64,000 nt of DNA, from the NCBI GenBank assembly GCA_044221725.1, contig JBGAON010000003.1, positions 512,001 through 576,000 on the forward strand, written 5' to 3'. The position numbers and the translations under genes are program-made. Source of the DNA: Elusimicrobiota bacterium (GTDB taxonomy: Bacteria; Elusimicrobiota; Elusimicrobia; F11). Shown here piece by piece: positions 39,247 through 51,218 of the stretch (its first letter is position 1; every line of letters starts with the position of its first letter). The notes beneath the pieces are model-generated. The model worked only from the letters and a program-made list of their open reading frames with translations, did not search any database and was not told where the DNA came from.

Positions 39247-40127
39247 TGTATTTTCAAGATATCGTTTTCGCACTCGAAAAGTTTTGGGCCAAGCAAGGTT
39301 GCTTGGTGTTCCAGCCGTACGATGTGGAGAAAGGGGCCGGCACATTTAACCCGGCCACGTTTTTGCGTTCGCTCGGACCCGAGCCATGGGCCGCCGCGTA
39401 CGTGGAGCCGTCCCGTCGCCCGACCGATGGGCGCTACGGCGAGAACCCCAACCGTTTGCAGCGCTATTATCAGTTCCAAGTTGTGATCAAGCCCGCGCCC
39501 TCGAACATTCAAAAACTTTACCTCGATTCGTTGGCCGCCATTGGCATCAAAGCGCGCAAGCACGATATCCGATTTGTCGAAGACGATTGGGAATCGCCCA
39601 CCCTCGGCGCGTGGGGTCTCGGTTGGGAAGTCTGGTTGGATTCGATGGAGATTACGCAGTTCACGTATTTCCAGCAAATGGGCGGAATCAATTTGTTTCC
39701 GATCACCGTTGAAATTACCTACGGACTTGAACGTCTTGCGATGTATTCCCAGAAAAAAAATAGCGTGTTCGATGTCGAATGGAAGAAAGGCGTTACCTAC
39801 GGCGATGTGCATCAACAAGACGAGCGCCAATTTTCGAATTTCAATTTCAAATTCTCCGACCCGAAAATGCTGCGCACGCATTTCGCGGATTACGAACGGT
39901 TGGCGTTGGATCTTTTAGATAATGAACTTCCGCTTCCGGCGTACGACGCGGTCATGAAGTGCTCGCATTTATTTAACTTGTTGGATGCGCGCGGTGCCAT
40001 TTCGGTTTCCGAACGAACCGGTTTTATTACGCGCATTCGAAACATGGCGCGTCGGGTGGCCGAGTCGTACATGAAATTTAAATACCCGCAACTCGAAGCG
40101 CCGGTAAAGGAAGTCGTGCGCCGATGA
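39243..40127 (+). CDS. glyQ: Glycine--tRNA ligase alpha subunit
   Basis: [56 protein letters not shown]. Confidence 0.98.
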   Translation: MMYFQDIVFALEKFWAKQGCLVFQPYDVEKGAGTFNPATFLRSLGPEPWAAAYVEPSRRPTDGRYGENPNRLQRYYQFQVVIKPAPSNIQKLYLDSLAAIGIKARKHDIRFVEDDWESPTLGAWGLGWEVWLDSMEITQFTYFQQMGGINLFPITVEITYGLERLAMYSQKKNSVFDVEWKKGVTYGDVHQQDERQFSNFNFKFSDPKMLRTHFADYERLALDLLDNELPLPAYDAVMKCSHLFNLLDARGAISVSERTGFITRIRNMARRVAESYMKFKYPQLEAPVKEVVRR

Positions 40128-42220
40128 AAACGAAATCAAACGGACAAGCGCTTCTCGAAATTGGTGTTGAAGAAATCCCCGCACGGTTCATGCCGGACGC
40201 GTTGCGCCAGCTTCGCGAATTTACCACGGAGAGGTTAAATACCGCTGGTTTACCATTCGCTTCGCTGCACGTGTACGGAACGCCGCGTCGACTTGTCGCA
40301 ACCATCGATGGACTGCCCCAGCGTTCAAACGATCGAACGGATATCGCTGTGGGTCCCCCTCCGCAAGCGGCCAAGGACGCTCAAGGAAATTGGACGCCGG
40401 CCGCCACGGGTTTTGCGAAAGCACAGAAGGTGGCTGTTTCAGCGCTCGTGGTTCAAACGACTCCGAAAGGGGAGCGTTACGTGGCCATTCATCATGCGAA
40501 AGGTCAAAAAACCGAAGCGATTCTAAAGGAAATTTTCCCGGCTGTTATGCAACGCATCTCGTTCCCGAAATCGATGATTTGGGAATCGAGAGATATTTCG
40601 TTCGCACGCCCGATCCGTTGGATCCTCGCGTTGCACAATGCAAACGTGATACGTTTCAAATTCGCGGGCATCGCATCGGACCGCGCCACAATCGGACTTC
40701 TGTCTCTTGGTGGAGAGAAAATAAAAATTCCCAATGTTGCGCGGTACAAATCAATTTTGCAGGGGCGCTGCATTCTCGTCGACCAAGACGAGCGAAAAAA
40801 GAATATTTCGAGTCAGCTGGAATCGATCGCGAAGAAAACAAAATCAAATCCGGTCGTTTCGGATGATCACTTGGAAGAAGTTATTTACTTGACCGAATAT
40901 CCGGGGTCTATCGTTGGTCATTTTCCCGACGCTTATCTGGCGTTGCCGCGCGAAGTGTTGATCAGCGTGCTGAAGAAACATCAAAAATTTTTCCCATTGG
41001 AAACGTCCAAAAAACAATTGCTGAACAGCTTCGTCGGTGTTCGAAACGGGACTTCGGAAGCTCAAGAAGAAGTCCGCGAAGGATACGAACGTGTCGTAAA
41101 CGCGCGCTTCGCTGACGCAAAGTTCTTTTTTGAGCGTGACGGCGAAAACCCGCTCGATCAGTTGGTACCGAAACTCTCCGAGGTCGGATTTCACGCGAAG
41201 CTCGGATCCATGTTGGATAAAACGAAGCGCGTTCAGCAGCTTACGCAGAAAATTGGAAGCGCGCTTTCTCTGTCCGAATCAATATTGGTTAACGCGGACA
41301 AAGCGGCGCATTTATCGAAGGCGGACTTGTTGACACAGATGGTTGGAGAATTTCCGGAGCTTCAGGGAATTGCCGGCCGCTTTTATGCCGATCACCAACA
41401 ACAACCGAACATCGTTTCTTCCGCCATCGAGCAACATTATTGGCCGATTTCGGCGGAAAGTTTGTTACCAATGACGGACGAAGCGGCTCTTGTGGCTGTC
41501 GCCGACAAAATGGACACGTTGGCCGCTAATTTTTCCGTTGGCCTCGTCCCGACAGGATCCGCCGATCCGTACGGGCTTCGTCGCATGAGCGCGGGTGTCG
41601 TACGAATCCTCGTCGACCGAAAATGGAATATTTCGGTGGACGCGCTGCTCCATCTGGCGTTCGAAAATTTGACAACGGCGGTTGAACCGAAGGCAGTCGA
41701 TGATCTGCGCGAATTCTTTAAGCAGCGGCTCGTCACGCTTTTCACGCAACAAGGCTACCGCGTGGATGAAATTGACGCGGTGCTTTCGGCGCGCGATCAA
41801 AGTCTTGTTATCGCTCAAGAAAAATTGAAGGCGCTTAAAGTTATTCGTGGCAAACCGGAATTTGAGGCGTTGTCCGTCGCGATCAAGCGCACAAACAACT
41901 TGTTGAAGCAAGCGAACGCGAAAAATCTGGCGTTGCAGGCCGACGGGCTCGGTGAGCAGGAACAAAAACTCCACCGTGCTTCAATGGATATCCGCGCGCG
42001 GTTCTTTTCGTTCGTGAACGACCGTCGCTTTGAGGACGGATTGCTTTTGCTTGTGCAGTTGAAAAATCCGATCGACACGTATTTCAAGGAAGTCATGGTC
42101 ATGGTGGACGACCAAGCGCTTCGCGAACAGCGGCTCGCCGTTTTGAACAACGTGAAAGAATTGTTTGATTCGGTTGCGGATTTTTCGAAACTTCAAACGG
42201 TATCCGCGAAAACCAATTGA
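40124..42220 (+). CDS. glyS: Glycine--tRNA ligase beta subunit
   Basis: [43 protein letters not shown]. Confidence 0.97.
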   Translation: MKTKSNGQALLEIGVEEIPARFMPDALRQLREFTTERLNTAGLPFASLHVYGTPRRLVATIDGLPQRSNDRTDIAVGPPPQAAKDAQGNWTPAATGFAKAQKVAVSALVVQTTPKGERYVAIHHAKGQKTEAILKEIFPAVMQRISFPKSMIWESRDISFARPIRWILALHNANVIRFKFAGIASDRATIGLLSLGGEKIKIPNVARYKSILQGRCILVDQDERKKNISSQLESIAKKTKSNPVVSDDHLEEVIYLTEYPGSIVGHFPDAYLALPREVLISVLKKHQKFFPLETSKKQLLNSFVGVRNGTSEAQEEVREGYERVVNARFADAKFFFERDGENPLDQLVPKLSEVGFHAKLGSMLDKTKRVQQLTQKIGSALSLSESILVNADKAAHLSKADLLTQMVGEFPELQGIAGRFYADHQQQPNIVSSAIEQHYWPISAESLLPMTDEAALVAVADKMDTLAANFSVGLVPTGSADPYGLRRMSAGVVRILVDRKWNISVDALLHLAFENLTTAVEPKAVDDLREFFKQRLVTLFTQQGYRVDEIDAVLSARDQSLVIAQEKLKALKVIRGKPEFEALSVAIKRTNNLLKQANAKNLALQADGLGEQEQKLHRASMDIRARFFSFVNDRRFEDGLLLLVQLKNPIDTYFKEVMVMVDDQALREQRLAVLNNVKELFDSVADFSKLQTVSAKTN

Positions 42221-43017
42221 AACCCGGTTTTGTTCTGGCCATTGATGTCGGTAACACCGCAACGTCGATGGGTCTGTTCCGCGCGGCGTCAAATACAAAA
42301 AATCCAAAACCCACGCATCTGTGGACCATCCGCACCGGCGATATCGCTAAGAAAAATCGCTTCGCGCAATTTCTAAAGAGAAAACTCCGCTCCGCACATT
42401 TGTCCCCCATCTCCGTTGTGGGCGGCATGGTCTCAAGTGTCGTTCCTCCCGTCGACAAACCGCTCGCAGCCCAATTGAAGCAGGTGTTTGGATATTCGTT
42501 TGCGTTTGTTTCCCCGCGAACCGCTCGGCGAGTGAAGATCCTTACAAAAAAACCGTCCGAGTTGGGGGCCGATCGAATTGTGAATGCGCGTGCGGCGATC
42601 GAATTTTTCAACGGCCCGTCGATCGTCGTGGATTTCGGCACGGCGACCACATTTGATTGTGTGTCGCGCTCGGGTGCCTATCTTGGTGGCGTGATTGCAC
42701 CGGGGCCGGCTATTTCGGCGGAGGCGTTGTACAAGCGAACCGCGAAACTGCCGATGGTGTTTCTCGACAAGCCGGCCGTTGTGTTGGGCCGGAACACCAC
42801 CGAATCCATTCGGTCCGGTTTGTATCACGGCTACCGCGGTCTCGTGCAGGAGATTGTTTTTCAACTGCGCAAGAAAATGGGCGTTCGCACACAGGTCATC
42901 GCGACGGGCGGCCAGGCGCATTGGATTTTGAAAGGAGCAAAAGGAATTGATTCTTATGTTCCGCATCTCACGCTCGCCGGTCTTTTTCATCTATGGCGAG
43001 ACGCGCGCGTGATGTAA
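42217..43017 (+). CDS. coaX: Type III pantothenate kinase
   Basis: AIDVGNT, LGADR, VDFGTATTFD, YLGGVIAPG, IATGG. Confidence 0.95.
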   Translation: MKPGFVLAIDVGNTATSMGLFRAASNTKNPKPTHLWTIRTGDIAKKNRFAQFLKRKLRSAHLSPISVVGGMVSSVVPPVDKPLAAQLKQVFGYSFAFVSPRTARRVKILTKKPSELGADRIVNARAAIEFFNGPSIVVDFGTATTFDCVSRSGAYLGGVIAPGPAISAEALYKRTAKLPMVFLDKPAVVLGRNTTESIRSGLYHGYRGLVQEIVFQLRKKMGVRTQVIATGGQAHWILKGAKGIDSYVPHLTLAGLFHLWRDARVM

Positions 43018-43050
43018 TATCTCGGAAATTCATTCACGGGGGAAAGATCG

Positions 43051-43782
43051 ATGAAACACACGAAAAAAATTGTTTACGTCTCACTGCTTCTGCTGGGTAC
43101 GGGCGTCGCGCACGCCGACCATTTCTCGAACAATATCGGAGTGATTGATCAGCAATCCGTGGATGCGCTAACAAAAGATCTCGGTTCGGCCATCGGCGCT
43201 GGAAGTTTCCACACGGGGAAAGCCCTCGGTTTCCCTCTCGGTTTTGACGTTGGCGTGCACGTGCCTGTCGTCGGTGTAAAAGACGAAGACAAAGTTTTGA
43301 AAGACGATGGCTCGACGCTCGTCGCGAAATGGGCTCAGGCGGAAGTTGGGTTGCCTTTTCACCTCAATCTCATCGGTCGTTACGGAAAAATCGAAGACGC
43401 CAATGCCTATGGTGGAGGTTTGCGTTGGGGCATTTTGAATCCCTCCATTCCTGGCATTCCGGCGATTTCAATCGCTGGTTTGTACACGAAAGCCACCCAC
43501 GACGACTTTGATGCCGAAACGTTTTCGGGCAACGTGGCATTATCGTTTGATGTCCCATTCATTCATCCTTTCATCGGCGCCGGTTACGATCACACGAAAT
43601 TGGATATTAGCGACAGCGCTCCTGTGACCGCCGCGCAAAAAAGCTTGAGCGGTACGCAGGATGGTTACCGCGTGGAAGGTGGGATCAATCTGAGTTTGAT
43701 TCCGTTCACCTACATCACGTTGGCCGGAGGAATGGCAAACAGCGAAGCTTTCTATCACGCAGGATTGGGAGTCAATTTCTAA
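43051..43782 (+). CDS. Putative outer-membrane beta-barrel protein
   Basis: Signal peptide ending AHA, amphipathic strands, C-terminal YHAGLGVNF. Confidence 0.65.
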   Translation: MKHTKKIVYVSLLLLGTGVAHADHFSNNIGVIDQQSVDALTKDLGSAIGAGSFHTGKALGFPLGFDVGVHVPVVGVKDEDKVLKDDGSTLVAKWAQAEVGLPFHLNLIGRYGKIEDANAYGGGLRWGILNPSIPGIPAISIAGLYTKATHDDFDAETFSGNVALSFDVPFIHPFIGAGYDHTKLDISDSAPVTAAQKSLSGTQDGYRVEGGINLSLIPFTYITLAGGMANSEAFYHAGLGVNF

Positions 43783-44742
43783 ATGGACGATAGCGCGTTC
43801 GAACGCTGGACGGAAAAGCAAACCGAACTTCGGAAAAATCGCCAGACAATAATCGACCAAGCCGTTCAGGACAAAGCCGACTCGTTTGGTCCGGATGAAT
43901 TTTATCGGATCGCTCAAGAAAGCGTTGAAAAGATTATGGATACCTGGCTCGAGTTGGAGCAGGGCTCGTGGCAGCAGAATCCCCCCGACAATGTGAGCGA
44001 GGCGCTCGACAACACGCGCAGCGAAATGGATTCCATACTTGATTTTGAAATCGAAGCCATTGATCGTGATCGTGTGTCGGTTGTTTCTCGAATTACATGG
44101 GCGCCCGACTCTATGAACCAAGAGATGACCGATTTCCAAACCGTCGCCAATGAGATCCGCAAAAAATATCAGCTGAAGATCAATGGACTTGGTGGTGGAT
44201 CCAAGAAAAAGCGGGCCGCCGAGTCTCCGATGCCCGTGCCATCCACAGTTCGTTCATCGGGCGGTTCATCCGGCGGAAGCGGTTTCAGCATGCTCGTTAT
44301 GTTTGTGGTGGGGTTGCTGTTGGGTGGCGCGCCGTCCTATTTTTTCATGGACAACGTTAAGAAATCGGAGAAAAAGTTCGGCGACGAACGCAAAAAAATG
44401 CAAATCGAACAGCAAGCTCTTTCGGACAGCGTCACGGTCCTTCACGAAAATTTCGAACGGCTCGCTTACGGAAAAATAAAAAACATTCCGGAGCTTGATC
44501 ACGACATCGAACAAATTAAGAGCCGGTTCGCTCAGCGACGCCAACAAATCGATGCGAACTATCAGCAACAACGCGATCGTGTGTTGAGAAAGGTTCCTGC
44601 GGGCAACCGGCAGGACAACGCGATTTCAGAACTTACGAGCGATCGCGATATTCAATTGGCAGAGGCGCGAAAACAAGAAGAGGCGGCGGTGGGTTCTCTT
44701 CAGAAGCAGCGGGACGTTTTAGCGGAGCTGCTGAAACACTAG
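43783..44742 (+). CDS. Hypothetical single-TM protein: acidic N-domain, Gly/Ser linker, C-terminal coiled coil
   Basis: TM segment FSMLVMFVVGLLLGGAPSYFFM; abuts the upstream gene. Confidence 0.7.
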   Translation: MDDSAFERWTEKQTELRKNRQTIIDQAVQDKADSFGPDEFYRIAQESVEKIMDTWLELEQGSWQQNPPDNVSEALDNTRSEMDSILDFEIEAIDRDRVSVVSRITWAPDSMNQEMTDFQTVANEIRKKYQLKINGLGGGSKKKRAAESPMPVPSTVRSSGGSSGGSGFSMLVMFVVGLLLGGAPSYFFMDNVKKSEKKFGDERKKMQIEQQALSDSVTVLHENFERLAYGKIKNIPELDHDIEQIKSRFAQRRQQIDANYQQQRDRVLRKVPAGNRQDNAISELTSDRDIQLAEARKQEEAAVGSLQKQRDVLAELLKH

Positions 44743-45656
44743 CGACAAGCAACGTCTTTAATTCGGCCAATCTTTTCGCCCGACGCATCCCACGCGTAGG
44801 GGCATTGTTGTTTCGATATTCCGAGATGATGCGTCTTTGACGCGTACACGATAATTTTCCCTTCGTAACGACCTTTCATCACGACCGTTTCCAGCGAAGA
44901 TGCTTTCCCAATGACGCGCTCGCCACCGCCACTGAGGGAGATTCGGTGAATAGCAGGTTCCGGATTGTTTGCTGATGGCTTTTCCTGAACGAACAAGCGG
45001 TTCCCTTCCAGCGAGAAAAGCAGCGTGTTGCACGACGGATACACCGCGATTTTTTTGCGCGTCAATTTGCGCGTATCAACAACCCAAATTTCGGCGTGCG
45101 ACGTATCGTCGGTCTGACGGAAAAATGCGACGCGCCGGCCGTCGGGCGAAAGGATCGCTTCGTGGATGTTTGACGACTGTGCGATGACCTTCGATTTGTC
45201 ATTCTCGAGAAGCAGAATTTTGTCTGGGAAGATCGAAATGCGCGCGCCGTTTTTCGCCGGCGCTTCGAGCGGTAACCAGTCCGACTGCGGCAACGAAATC
45301 ACTTGCTGATTTTTTTCTCGTTCAAAGAAATCGACAGCGCTTTGGAGCCACATCGATTGACCCTCGATATACGGGCGATCGAGCTTTGCATCGATGGCCG
45401 CGCGAATGCGCGCAATGATCGGTTCCATTTTCTTGACTGTTTTTTTATCGGAGAGATCGGCGTTCGCGACGGCGTCGTGAATGATCTTGTTGAATTCGAT
45501 GCGCTTGCTCTCGAGATCGGTCATTTCGAGTTGACGCAGGTAATACGGGATTTCGGTGTAGGATGTCTGTTGCGGTGCGGGATCGGCTGCGTTAACGACC
45601 GCAACCGTTAGAAAAAGGAAAAACGAACTAGCGAGCTTTCGTCCCAAAATGCTCAC
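44739..45656 (-). CDS. Hypothetical exported protein with TolB/WD40-like beta-propeller segments
   Basis: Signal-like [24 protein letters not shown]...EIWVVD. Likely start is GTG 45656, overlapping the sucD end. Confidence 0.65.
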   Translation of the reverse strand: MSILGRKLASSFFLFLTVAVVNAADPAPQQTSYTEIPYYLRQLEMTDLESKRIEFNKIIHDAVANADLSDKKTVKKMEPIIARIRAAIDAKLDRPYIEGQSMWLQSAVDFFEREKNQQVISLPQSDWLPLEAPAKNGARISIFPDKILLLENDKSKVIAQSSNIHEAILSPDGRRVAFFRQTDDTSHAEIWVVDTRKLTRKKIAVYPSCNTLLFSLEGNRLFVQEKPSANNPEPAIHRISLSGGGERVIGKASSLETVVMKGRYEGKIIVYASKTHHLGISKQQCPYAWDASGEKIGRIKDVACR

Positions 45657-46533
45657 AGACCGTGATTCCAATTGTGGCCGGTGAATCGGCCACAATCACG
45701 CCATTTTTTCGGAGCTCTTGGATCTTGTCTTCGGCCTTGCCGGATCCGCCTTCGACGATGGCTCCCGCGTGGCCCATGCGTTTGCCCGGAGGCGCCGTCA
45801 CGCCCGCGATGAACGCAAAAAGTGGTTTCGACATTTTCGTTTTAAAGTAATGCGCGGCTTCTTCCTCGGCGCGTCCGCCAATTTCGCCGAGCATCACGAC
45901 CGCTTCCGTTTGAGAATCGTTTTGAAAGAGTTCCAGCACATCCACAAAGTTGGTTCCGTTCACGGGATCGCCGCCAATCCCAACGACCGTTGACTGACCA
46001 AGGCCCAGCTTCGTGAGTTGCCACACCGCTTCGTACGTGAGCGTGCCCGAGCGTGATACGATTCCAATCGGGCCGCGTTTGTGAATGTAACCCGGCATGA
46101 TGCCCACTTTGCACGCGTCCACGGTGATGACACCGGGACAATTGGGACCAATCAAGCGCACTTTGTCTGTGTCGCTCTTGTTGCTATTCCAGCGGTTCAT
46201 TAAATGTTTGACGCGAACCATGTCGAGCACCGGAATTCCTTCGGTAATGGCAATGATCAACCGAATTCCGGCTTCCATTGCTTCGAGGATGGCGTCCGCG
46301 CACAACGGCGCCGGCACAAAAATCATCGAGACGTCGGCTTGGGTTGCGCGAACAGCGTCGCTCACGGTGTCAAAAATCGGTGTGCCTTCGAAATCGGTGC
46401 CGCCTTTGCCAGGCGTTACGCCTCCCACGATTTTTGTTCCGTATTCTTTGCACAGCCGCGTGTGGAAGGATCCGGCCGAGCCTGTGATTCCCTGGCAGAT
46501 AACCTTCGAACCAGTGTTAAGAAGAATGCCCAT
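45628..46533 (-). CDS. sucD: Succinate--CoA ligase alpha subunit
   Basis: [37 protein letters not shown]. Confidence 0.98.
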   Translation of the reverse strand: MGILLNTGSKVICQGITGSAGSFHTRLCKEYGTKIVGGVTPGKGGTDFEGTPIFDTVSDAVRATQADVSMIFVPAPLCADAILEAMEAGIRLIIAITEGIPVLDMVRVKHLMNRWNSNKSDTDKVRLIGPNCPGVITVDACKVGIMPGYIHKRGPIGIVSRSGTLTYEAVWQLTKLGLGQSTVVGIGGDPVNGTNFVDVLELFQNDSQTEAVVMLGEIGGRAEEEAAHYFKTKMSKPLFAFIAGVTAPPGKRMGHAGAIVEGGSGKAEDKIQELRKNGVIVADSPATIGITVCEHFGTKAR

Positions 46534-47701
46534 TTTTATGTCCCACCGACTCCACGATAAGTTTCGCCGCTTCGTCGAGGCTCGATGCGGCTTTCAGCGG
46601 CAATTTCGATTTTGCGAGCATTTGTTTCCCTTCTTCGGATTTGTTGCCTTCGAGCCGAACAACCAAAGGTACCGTCAGCTTTATTTTTTTTACCGCGGCA
46701 ATGATGCCCTCGGCAATCACGTCGCAGCGCATGATGCCACCAAAAATGTTAACGAGCACCCCTTCAACGCGCTTGTCCGACAAAATAATCTTGAAGGCTT
46801 CCGTGACTTGGTCGGCCGTAGCACCGCCGCCGACATCAAGGAAATTTGCTGGCTCGCCGCCATGCAGTTTGATGATGTCCATGGTTGCCATGGCAAGCCC
46901 CGCACCGTTCACGAGGCAACCGACGCTGCCATCGAGTTTTATGTAAGAAATTTTGGCTTTGGCTGCCTGTTTCTCGGCTGCGGGTTGCGGGCTTTCGTCT
47001 TTCCATTTAAGTTGGTCTTCGTGTCGATAGAGTGCGTTGTCGTCGGTGGACATTTTTCCGTCGAGCGCCATGAGCGTCCCGTCTTCGGTGACCGCCAGCG
47101 GATTTACCTCCACCATGTTTGCGTCAATGGAAACAAAGATATCGTAAAGCCGCGACAGAAACGCGGCGCCTTCGTTTATAAGCTTTCCGGAAAGTCCGAG
47201 TTGCTTCGCAATATTCCGCGCGCGGTACGCTGGCAGTTTTTCGAGCGGATCCAGTGGAAAGCGAAGAATGGCATCCGGCCGCTCCTTGGCGAGAGTTTCG
47301 ATGTCCATGCCGCCTTGAGCCGAAGCGATGAGAAGCGGGGCCGCTGCCTTGCGATCAAGAACGATGCTCACATACATTTCGCGTGCAATCTTCGGCAGCG
47401 ATTTTTCAATAAGAAGCGCCATGACCTTTTCGCCTTTGGGACCCGTCTGATGGGTGACGAGCGGCTTTGAGAAAAGCAGTTTTGCAAGCGCCGTGGCTTC
47501 CTTCGGAGTTTTGACGATTTTCACGCCGCCGGCTTTCCCGCGGCCACCCGCCAAGATTTGCGCCTTAACTGCCCACGGACCTTTGCCCAGCTTTTTGATT
47601 GCCGTTTTGACAGAGGCCGCGTTAAAAACTACTTCTCCCTGCGGTTTGGGAATTCGGAACCGTTCGTAAACGGCCTTCGCTTGGTACTCGTAGAATTTCA
47701 T
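46517..47701 (-). CDS. sucC: Succinate--CoA ligase beta subunit
   Basis: [48 protein letters not shown]. Confidence 0.98.
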   Translation of the reverse strand: MKFYEYQAKAVYERFRIPKPQGEVVFNAASVKTAIKKLGKGPWAVKAQILAGGRGKAGGVKIVKTPKEATALAKLLFSKPLVTHQTGPKGEKVMALLIEKSLPKIAREMYVSIVLDRKAAAPLLIASAQGGMDIETLAKERPDAILRFPLDPLEKLPAYRARNIAKQLGLSGKLINEGAAFLSRLYDIFVSIDANMVEVNPLAVTEDGTLMALDGKMSTDDNALYRHEDQLKWKDESPQPAAEKQAAKAKISYIKLDGSVGCLVNGAGLAMATMDIIKLHGGEPANFLDVGGGATADQVTEAFKIILSDKRVEGVLVNIFGGIMRCDVIAEGIIAAVKKIKLTVPLVVRLEGNKSEEGKQMLAKSKLPLKAASSLDEAAKLIVESVGHKNGHSS

Positions 47702-47713
47702 TCCGTGACGGGG

Positions 47714-48568
47714 TCAGCGATAACTATCGAGAAGCTGGTTCATGTCCCCTTTGCCTTTTGTTTGAGCGAGCTCGATGATTTTTTCGGTTCGCTTGGCGTA
47801 GGAGTCACGGACCACTTCATGGAAAACACCGATGTAGGTTTTATCGGGGTCCTGCCACAAATCCAGTGCCTGAAGTTTGTCTTTTGGATCGTGTGTGTCG
47901 GGTATCATCGTAACGTTCTTCGTGTAGTACGGATAGGTGTTGTTGAACACGACGCACGGTGAAATTACATGCAAGAACGAGAAACCCGGATGACGCGCGG
48001 CTCGAACGATCAGATCGATCAATTGATTTAACTGACCGGAAAAACCGCGTGCCACAAACGAAGCGTTGTACGCGAGCGCGAGGCCAATGGGGTTTAAATT
48101 GTCTTCGGATGCTCCATAGGGAAGGCTGCGGGCCGACGAATTTTTCCCCGTCGTGGGAGACGCCTGGCCCTTTGTAAGTCCGTATGTTGAGTTGTCGAGC
48201 ATGATATAGGTAATGTCGACGTTGCGCCGCGCGGCGTGAGGAAAATGTCCACCGCCGATCGCAAGACCGTCACCATCGCCACCGACCGCAAAAACATGCA
48301 GTTTCGGATTGGCCAGTTTCAATCCGGTCGCCGTTGGAAGAACCCGACCATGCACGCCGTGAAATCCGTAGCACGACGTGAAAACAGGGGTGCGTCCTGA
48401 GCAACCGATGCCCGACATCACCGCGGTTTCGTGTGTCTTGTAACCGAGGATTCCGAGCGCTTTGTAAATCGCGTGCAAGACGGAAAAATCGCCACAGCCG
48501 GGACACCAGGTGACCGGAACCGCACTCTTGTAAGTTTCTGTGTTGGTTGTCTTAACGGCTTCAGGCAC
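47714..48568 (-). CDS. korB: 2-oxoacid:ferredoxin oxidoreductase beta subunit
   Basis: WCPGCGDF, SGIGCS, HGR, GGDGD, YGLTKGQASPT, SPC. Confidence 0.92.
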   Translation of the reverse strand: MPEAVKTTNTETYKSAVPVTWCPGCGDFSVLHAIYKALGILGYKTHETAVMSGIGCSGRTPVFTSCYGFHGVHGRVLPTATGLKLANPKLHVFAVGGDGDGLAIGGGHFPHAARRNVDITYIMLDNSTYGLTKGQASPTTGKNSSARSLPYGASEDNLNPIGLALAYNASFVARGFSGQLNQLIDLIVRAARHPGFSFLHVISPCVVFNNTYPYYTKNVTMIPDTHDPKDKLQALDLWQDPDKTYIGVFHEVVRDSYAKRTEKIIELAQTKGKGDMNQLLDSYR

Positions 48569-50282
48569 GACGAATCACCTCCTCGATACGATTGAACAAT
48601 TCGTCCGGATCGAATGGCATTCCGTTGCATTTCGTGAACGATTGGAACGGATACAAATAGCGAGCGCGAAGAATTTGGCAAAGCTGACCCGTGTAATTAA
48701 TTTCAGGCACGATCACGTGCTTGAGACCCGTGAGAAAACTGCGAATTTCTTCATCGGGCAGCGGATGAATCATTTTGATTGTGAGCGCCTTCACTTCGAG
48801 CCCGTGCGTAGCAGCGGTGTTGATTGCCTCTTCAAGCGGACCTTCGGTCGAACCCCAGCAAATCACGCCAACCGTTGCATGCTCGTCACCGAAGCGACGC
48901 GTGAATCCTTTTTCTTTTGCAATGAAATCGAGTTTGCGGTGACGTTTGGCCGACATGCGTTGATGGTTGCTCGGCGACCAACTTGGATGTCCGTGTTCAT
49001 CATGCTCCAATCCGGTGGTGACAAAATTAAGCCCTTCATCACCGGGGAACGCGACCGGCGAAACTCCGTTTTCGGTATCCAAAAATCGTTTGTAATCCCC
49101 GTTCCGCTGTGCGCGGATGCGATTTCCAACTTGCAGGTTATCAAGATTGGGCCGGGTGAATGTTTGAGTGCGGTGAGAAAGAGACTGATCGGAGAGCATA
49201 ACGACGGGAATCTGATATTTTTCGGCGATGTAGAACGCTTTCACCATTCCGTAGAAACAATCTTTCACGTTCGAGGGCGCCAATACCACGCGCGGCGCAT
49301 CGCCGTGTCCCATGTTTACGGCAAACGACAAATCGGATTGTTCGGTCTTCGTGGGCATTCCGGTCGATGGGCCCGACCGCTGGGCATCAATAATAACCAC
49401 CGGCGTTTCCGTCATTGTTGCCAGACCAACCACTTCCGCCATGAGCGATAATCCGGGTCCCGAGGTGGCTGTCAGCGCTTTTGCTCCGCCAAACGATGCA
49501 CCGACGCAGGACGCAATCGCGGAAATTTCATCTTCTGTTTGAACCGCTACACCGCCGAAACGAGGAATCTGTTTTTCCATGAAACTTAAAATGTCTGAGG
49601 CGGGTGTGATCGGGTATCCGGCGTAGTATCGGCATCCGGCCGCTACAGCTCCGGCGGACATCGCTTCGTTACCGGACATGATGAGTTTTCGTTCTTTTCG
49701 GATGCTGGCCGGAACATTCAAGTCGCGACCGACCGGATGGGTTTCTCCCCATTTATATCCTTCGTCGATCGCCTTTAAATTTTTCTCGGTGACGTCGCCG
49801 CCTTTCTTGCCAAATTTTTCTTCGACGAGCGATTTAAAACCGTCCAGTGGAATTCCAATCAATTGGCCGAGTAGCGCCAATGCGACCATGTTTTTGCTTT
49901 TCTTGAGCCCGACCCCTTCGGTGGCAATCGTCGTGAGCGGGGCGCCGTAAAGTTGAACACTCGAAGGCACTTTCTTTTCCGGATCAAAAACAGACGAATC
50001 GTAAACGAGCAGGCCATCCGCCTTTAATTCCGCGGCATGCAGATCGATGGCTTCTTCGTTAAACGCCATGAGCACATCAAGTTTTGTTCCGACCGATAAC
50101 ACCGGGTGATCGGCGAAGCGCAATTGGAACATGGCGGGTCCGCCTTTGATTTCTGCCGGATAGGTTCGGAAAGTGAAAACATCTCGGCGGGCACGAGCTA
50201 CGGCGGTGGTGAGAAGTTCGCCGGTTGAAATTACACCTTCTCCACCTTCACCGGCGATGCGTACTGTCAAATTGCTGGGCAT
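48561..50282 (-). CDS. korA: 2-oxoacid:acceptor oxidoreductase alpha subunit (gamma-alpha fusion)
   Basis: AGEGGEGV, YPITPAS, EDEI, TSGPG, QRSGPSTGMPT. Upstream of sucCD, so 2-oxoglutarate specificity is inferred. Confidence 0.92.
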   Translation of the reverse strand: MPSNLTVRIAGEGGEGVISTGELLTTAVARARRDVFTFRTYPAEIKGGPAMFQLRFADHPVLSVGTKLDVLMAFNEEAIDLHAAELKADGLLVYDSSVFDPEKKVPSSVQLYGAPLTTIATEGVGLKKSKNMVALALLGQLIGIPLDGFKSLVEEKFGKKGGDVTEKNLKAIDEGYKWGETHPVGRDLNVPASIRKERKLIMSGNEAMSAGAVAAGCRYYAGYPITPASDILSFMEKQIPRFGGVAVQTEDEISAIASCVGASFGGAKALTATSGPGLSLMAEVVGLATMTETPVVIIDAQRSGPSTGMPTKTEQSDLSFAVNMGHGDAPRVVLAPSNVKDCFYGMVKAFYIAEKYQIPVVMLSDQSLSHRTQTFTRPNLDNLQVGNRIRAQRNGDYKRFLDTENGVSPVAFPGDEGLNFVTTGLEHDEHGHPSWSPSNHQRMSAKRHRKLDFIAKEKGFTRRFGDEHATVGVICWGSTEGPLEEAINTAATHGLEVKALTIKMIHPLPDEEIRSFLTGLKHVIVPEINYTGQLCQILRARYLYPFQSFTKCNGMPFDPDELFNRIEEVIRRA

Positions 50283-50334
50283 GAACTTGTTCCTCTTCCG
50301 TTATAAAAACGACCAAAATCGATGCGATAATCCG

Positions 50335-50363
50335 AGTTTAACCACCAACCGGATTGATGTCAA
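50335..50363 (-). promoter_or_regulatory. sigma70-type promoter for korAB-sucCD
   Basis: TTGACA-17 nt-TAAACT. Confidence 0.65.
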
Positions 50364-51127
50364 GGCAACGCAGGTTCGGAGGTTTTTCGGCGTGTTCGGT
50401 CGTGCACGGCGGCGATTAAAAGCCAGAGCGCCATGCCGACCACGAAGATAAACGAAAACCATTTGCCATAGGTTCCATCGGGCGAATAAGGCTCCGTCGC
50501 GGCATGCCATGTTTCGGAGTTTGGAAAAACTCCGGCTTCACAGAGTTCATGAAAAGCCGTGAGCGCCACCTGGAGCATGAAAAATATCAGGTAGATACCG
50601 GTGACCTGAAAAAAGCGCCGCAAATTTATTAAGTGGCTGTACCGAACCCAAAAATAGGAAATGATCGAAGCGCCGATTAATCCCAAAAAGCTTCCGAGAA
50701 TGAAGCGACCGTTCTTCACTTGAAACAGCATGAGCGCGGTTTCCATTCCTTCTCGCGTCACGAGGAACACCGTGAGCAAGAATACTCCGATCAGTGCTGA
50801 TTTTTCGGCGGGTTTGCTGGAAGCTTCAGAAAGTTTTTGTTCCATTTCTTTTTTAAAAGATGGGCCCAGCCGCCACATGTGAACGATCATGGAGGCGACA
50901 AGCACGGCCGTAACGGCTCCGAGAATCCCCTCGAGCAGCGAGTTATTGGCAATTTTCATCAATACGAACGCCAGCGCGCTCGAAGCCAAAACCGACGCAC
51001 CAATCCCCACTTTCACGGCGGGCAAAAGTTGATGCCGCCCAGATTTTCTGAGATAAGAGAAGAGAACGGCCACGATGAGAAACGATTCGAGGCCCTCTCT
51101 TGCAACGATGATAAACGCTTGTAGCAT
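50360..51127 (-). CDS. FTR1/EfeU-family iron permease
   Basis: Two REGxE motifs (REGLE, REGME) in a multi-TM protein. Confidence 0.9.
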   Translation of the reverse strand: MLQAFIIVAREGLESFLIVAVLFSYLRKSGRHQLLPAVKVGIGASVLASSALAFVLMKIANNSLLEGILGAVTAVLVASMIVHMWRLGPSFKKEMEQKLSEASSKPAEKSALIGVFLLTVFLVTREGMETALMLFQVKNGRFILGSFLGLIGASIISYFWVRYSHLINLRRFFQVTGIYLIFFMLQVALTAFHELCEAGVFPNSETWHAATEPYSPDGTYGKWFSFIFVVGMALWLLIAAVHDRTRRKTSEPALP

Positions 51128-51218
51128 AAATGGTCTTATTGAAAAGTTATTTCATTTCACGACAAAACGCGAATGCTGTCAACAGGGGAACCGTCGGCTA
51201 CGCCTCGTCTCGGCTTCT

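Noticed and set aside
46097..47470. 457-aa plus-strand ORF
   Set aside because: It is antisense to the highly conserved sucC/sucD genes and has no recognisable motifs.
48540..49451. 303-aa plus-strand ORF
   Set aside because: Antisense shadow of korA.
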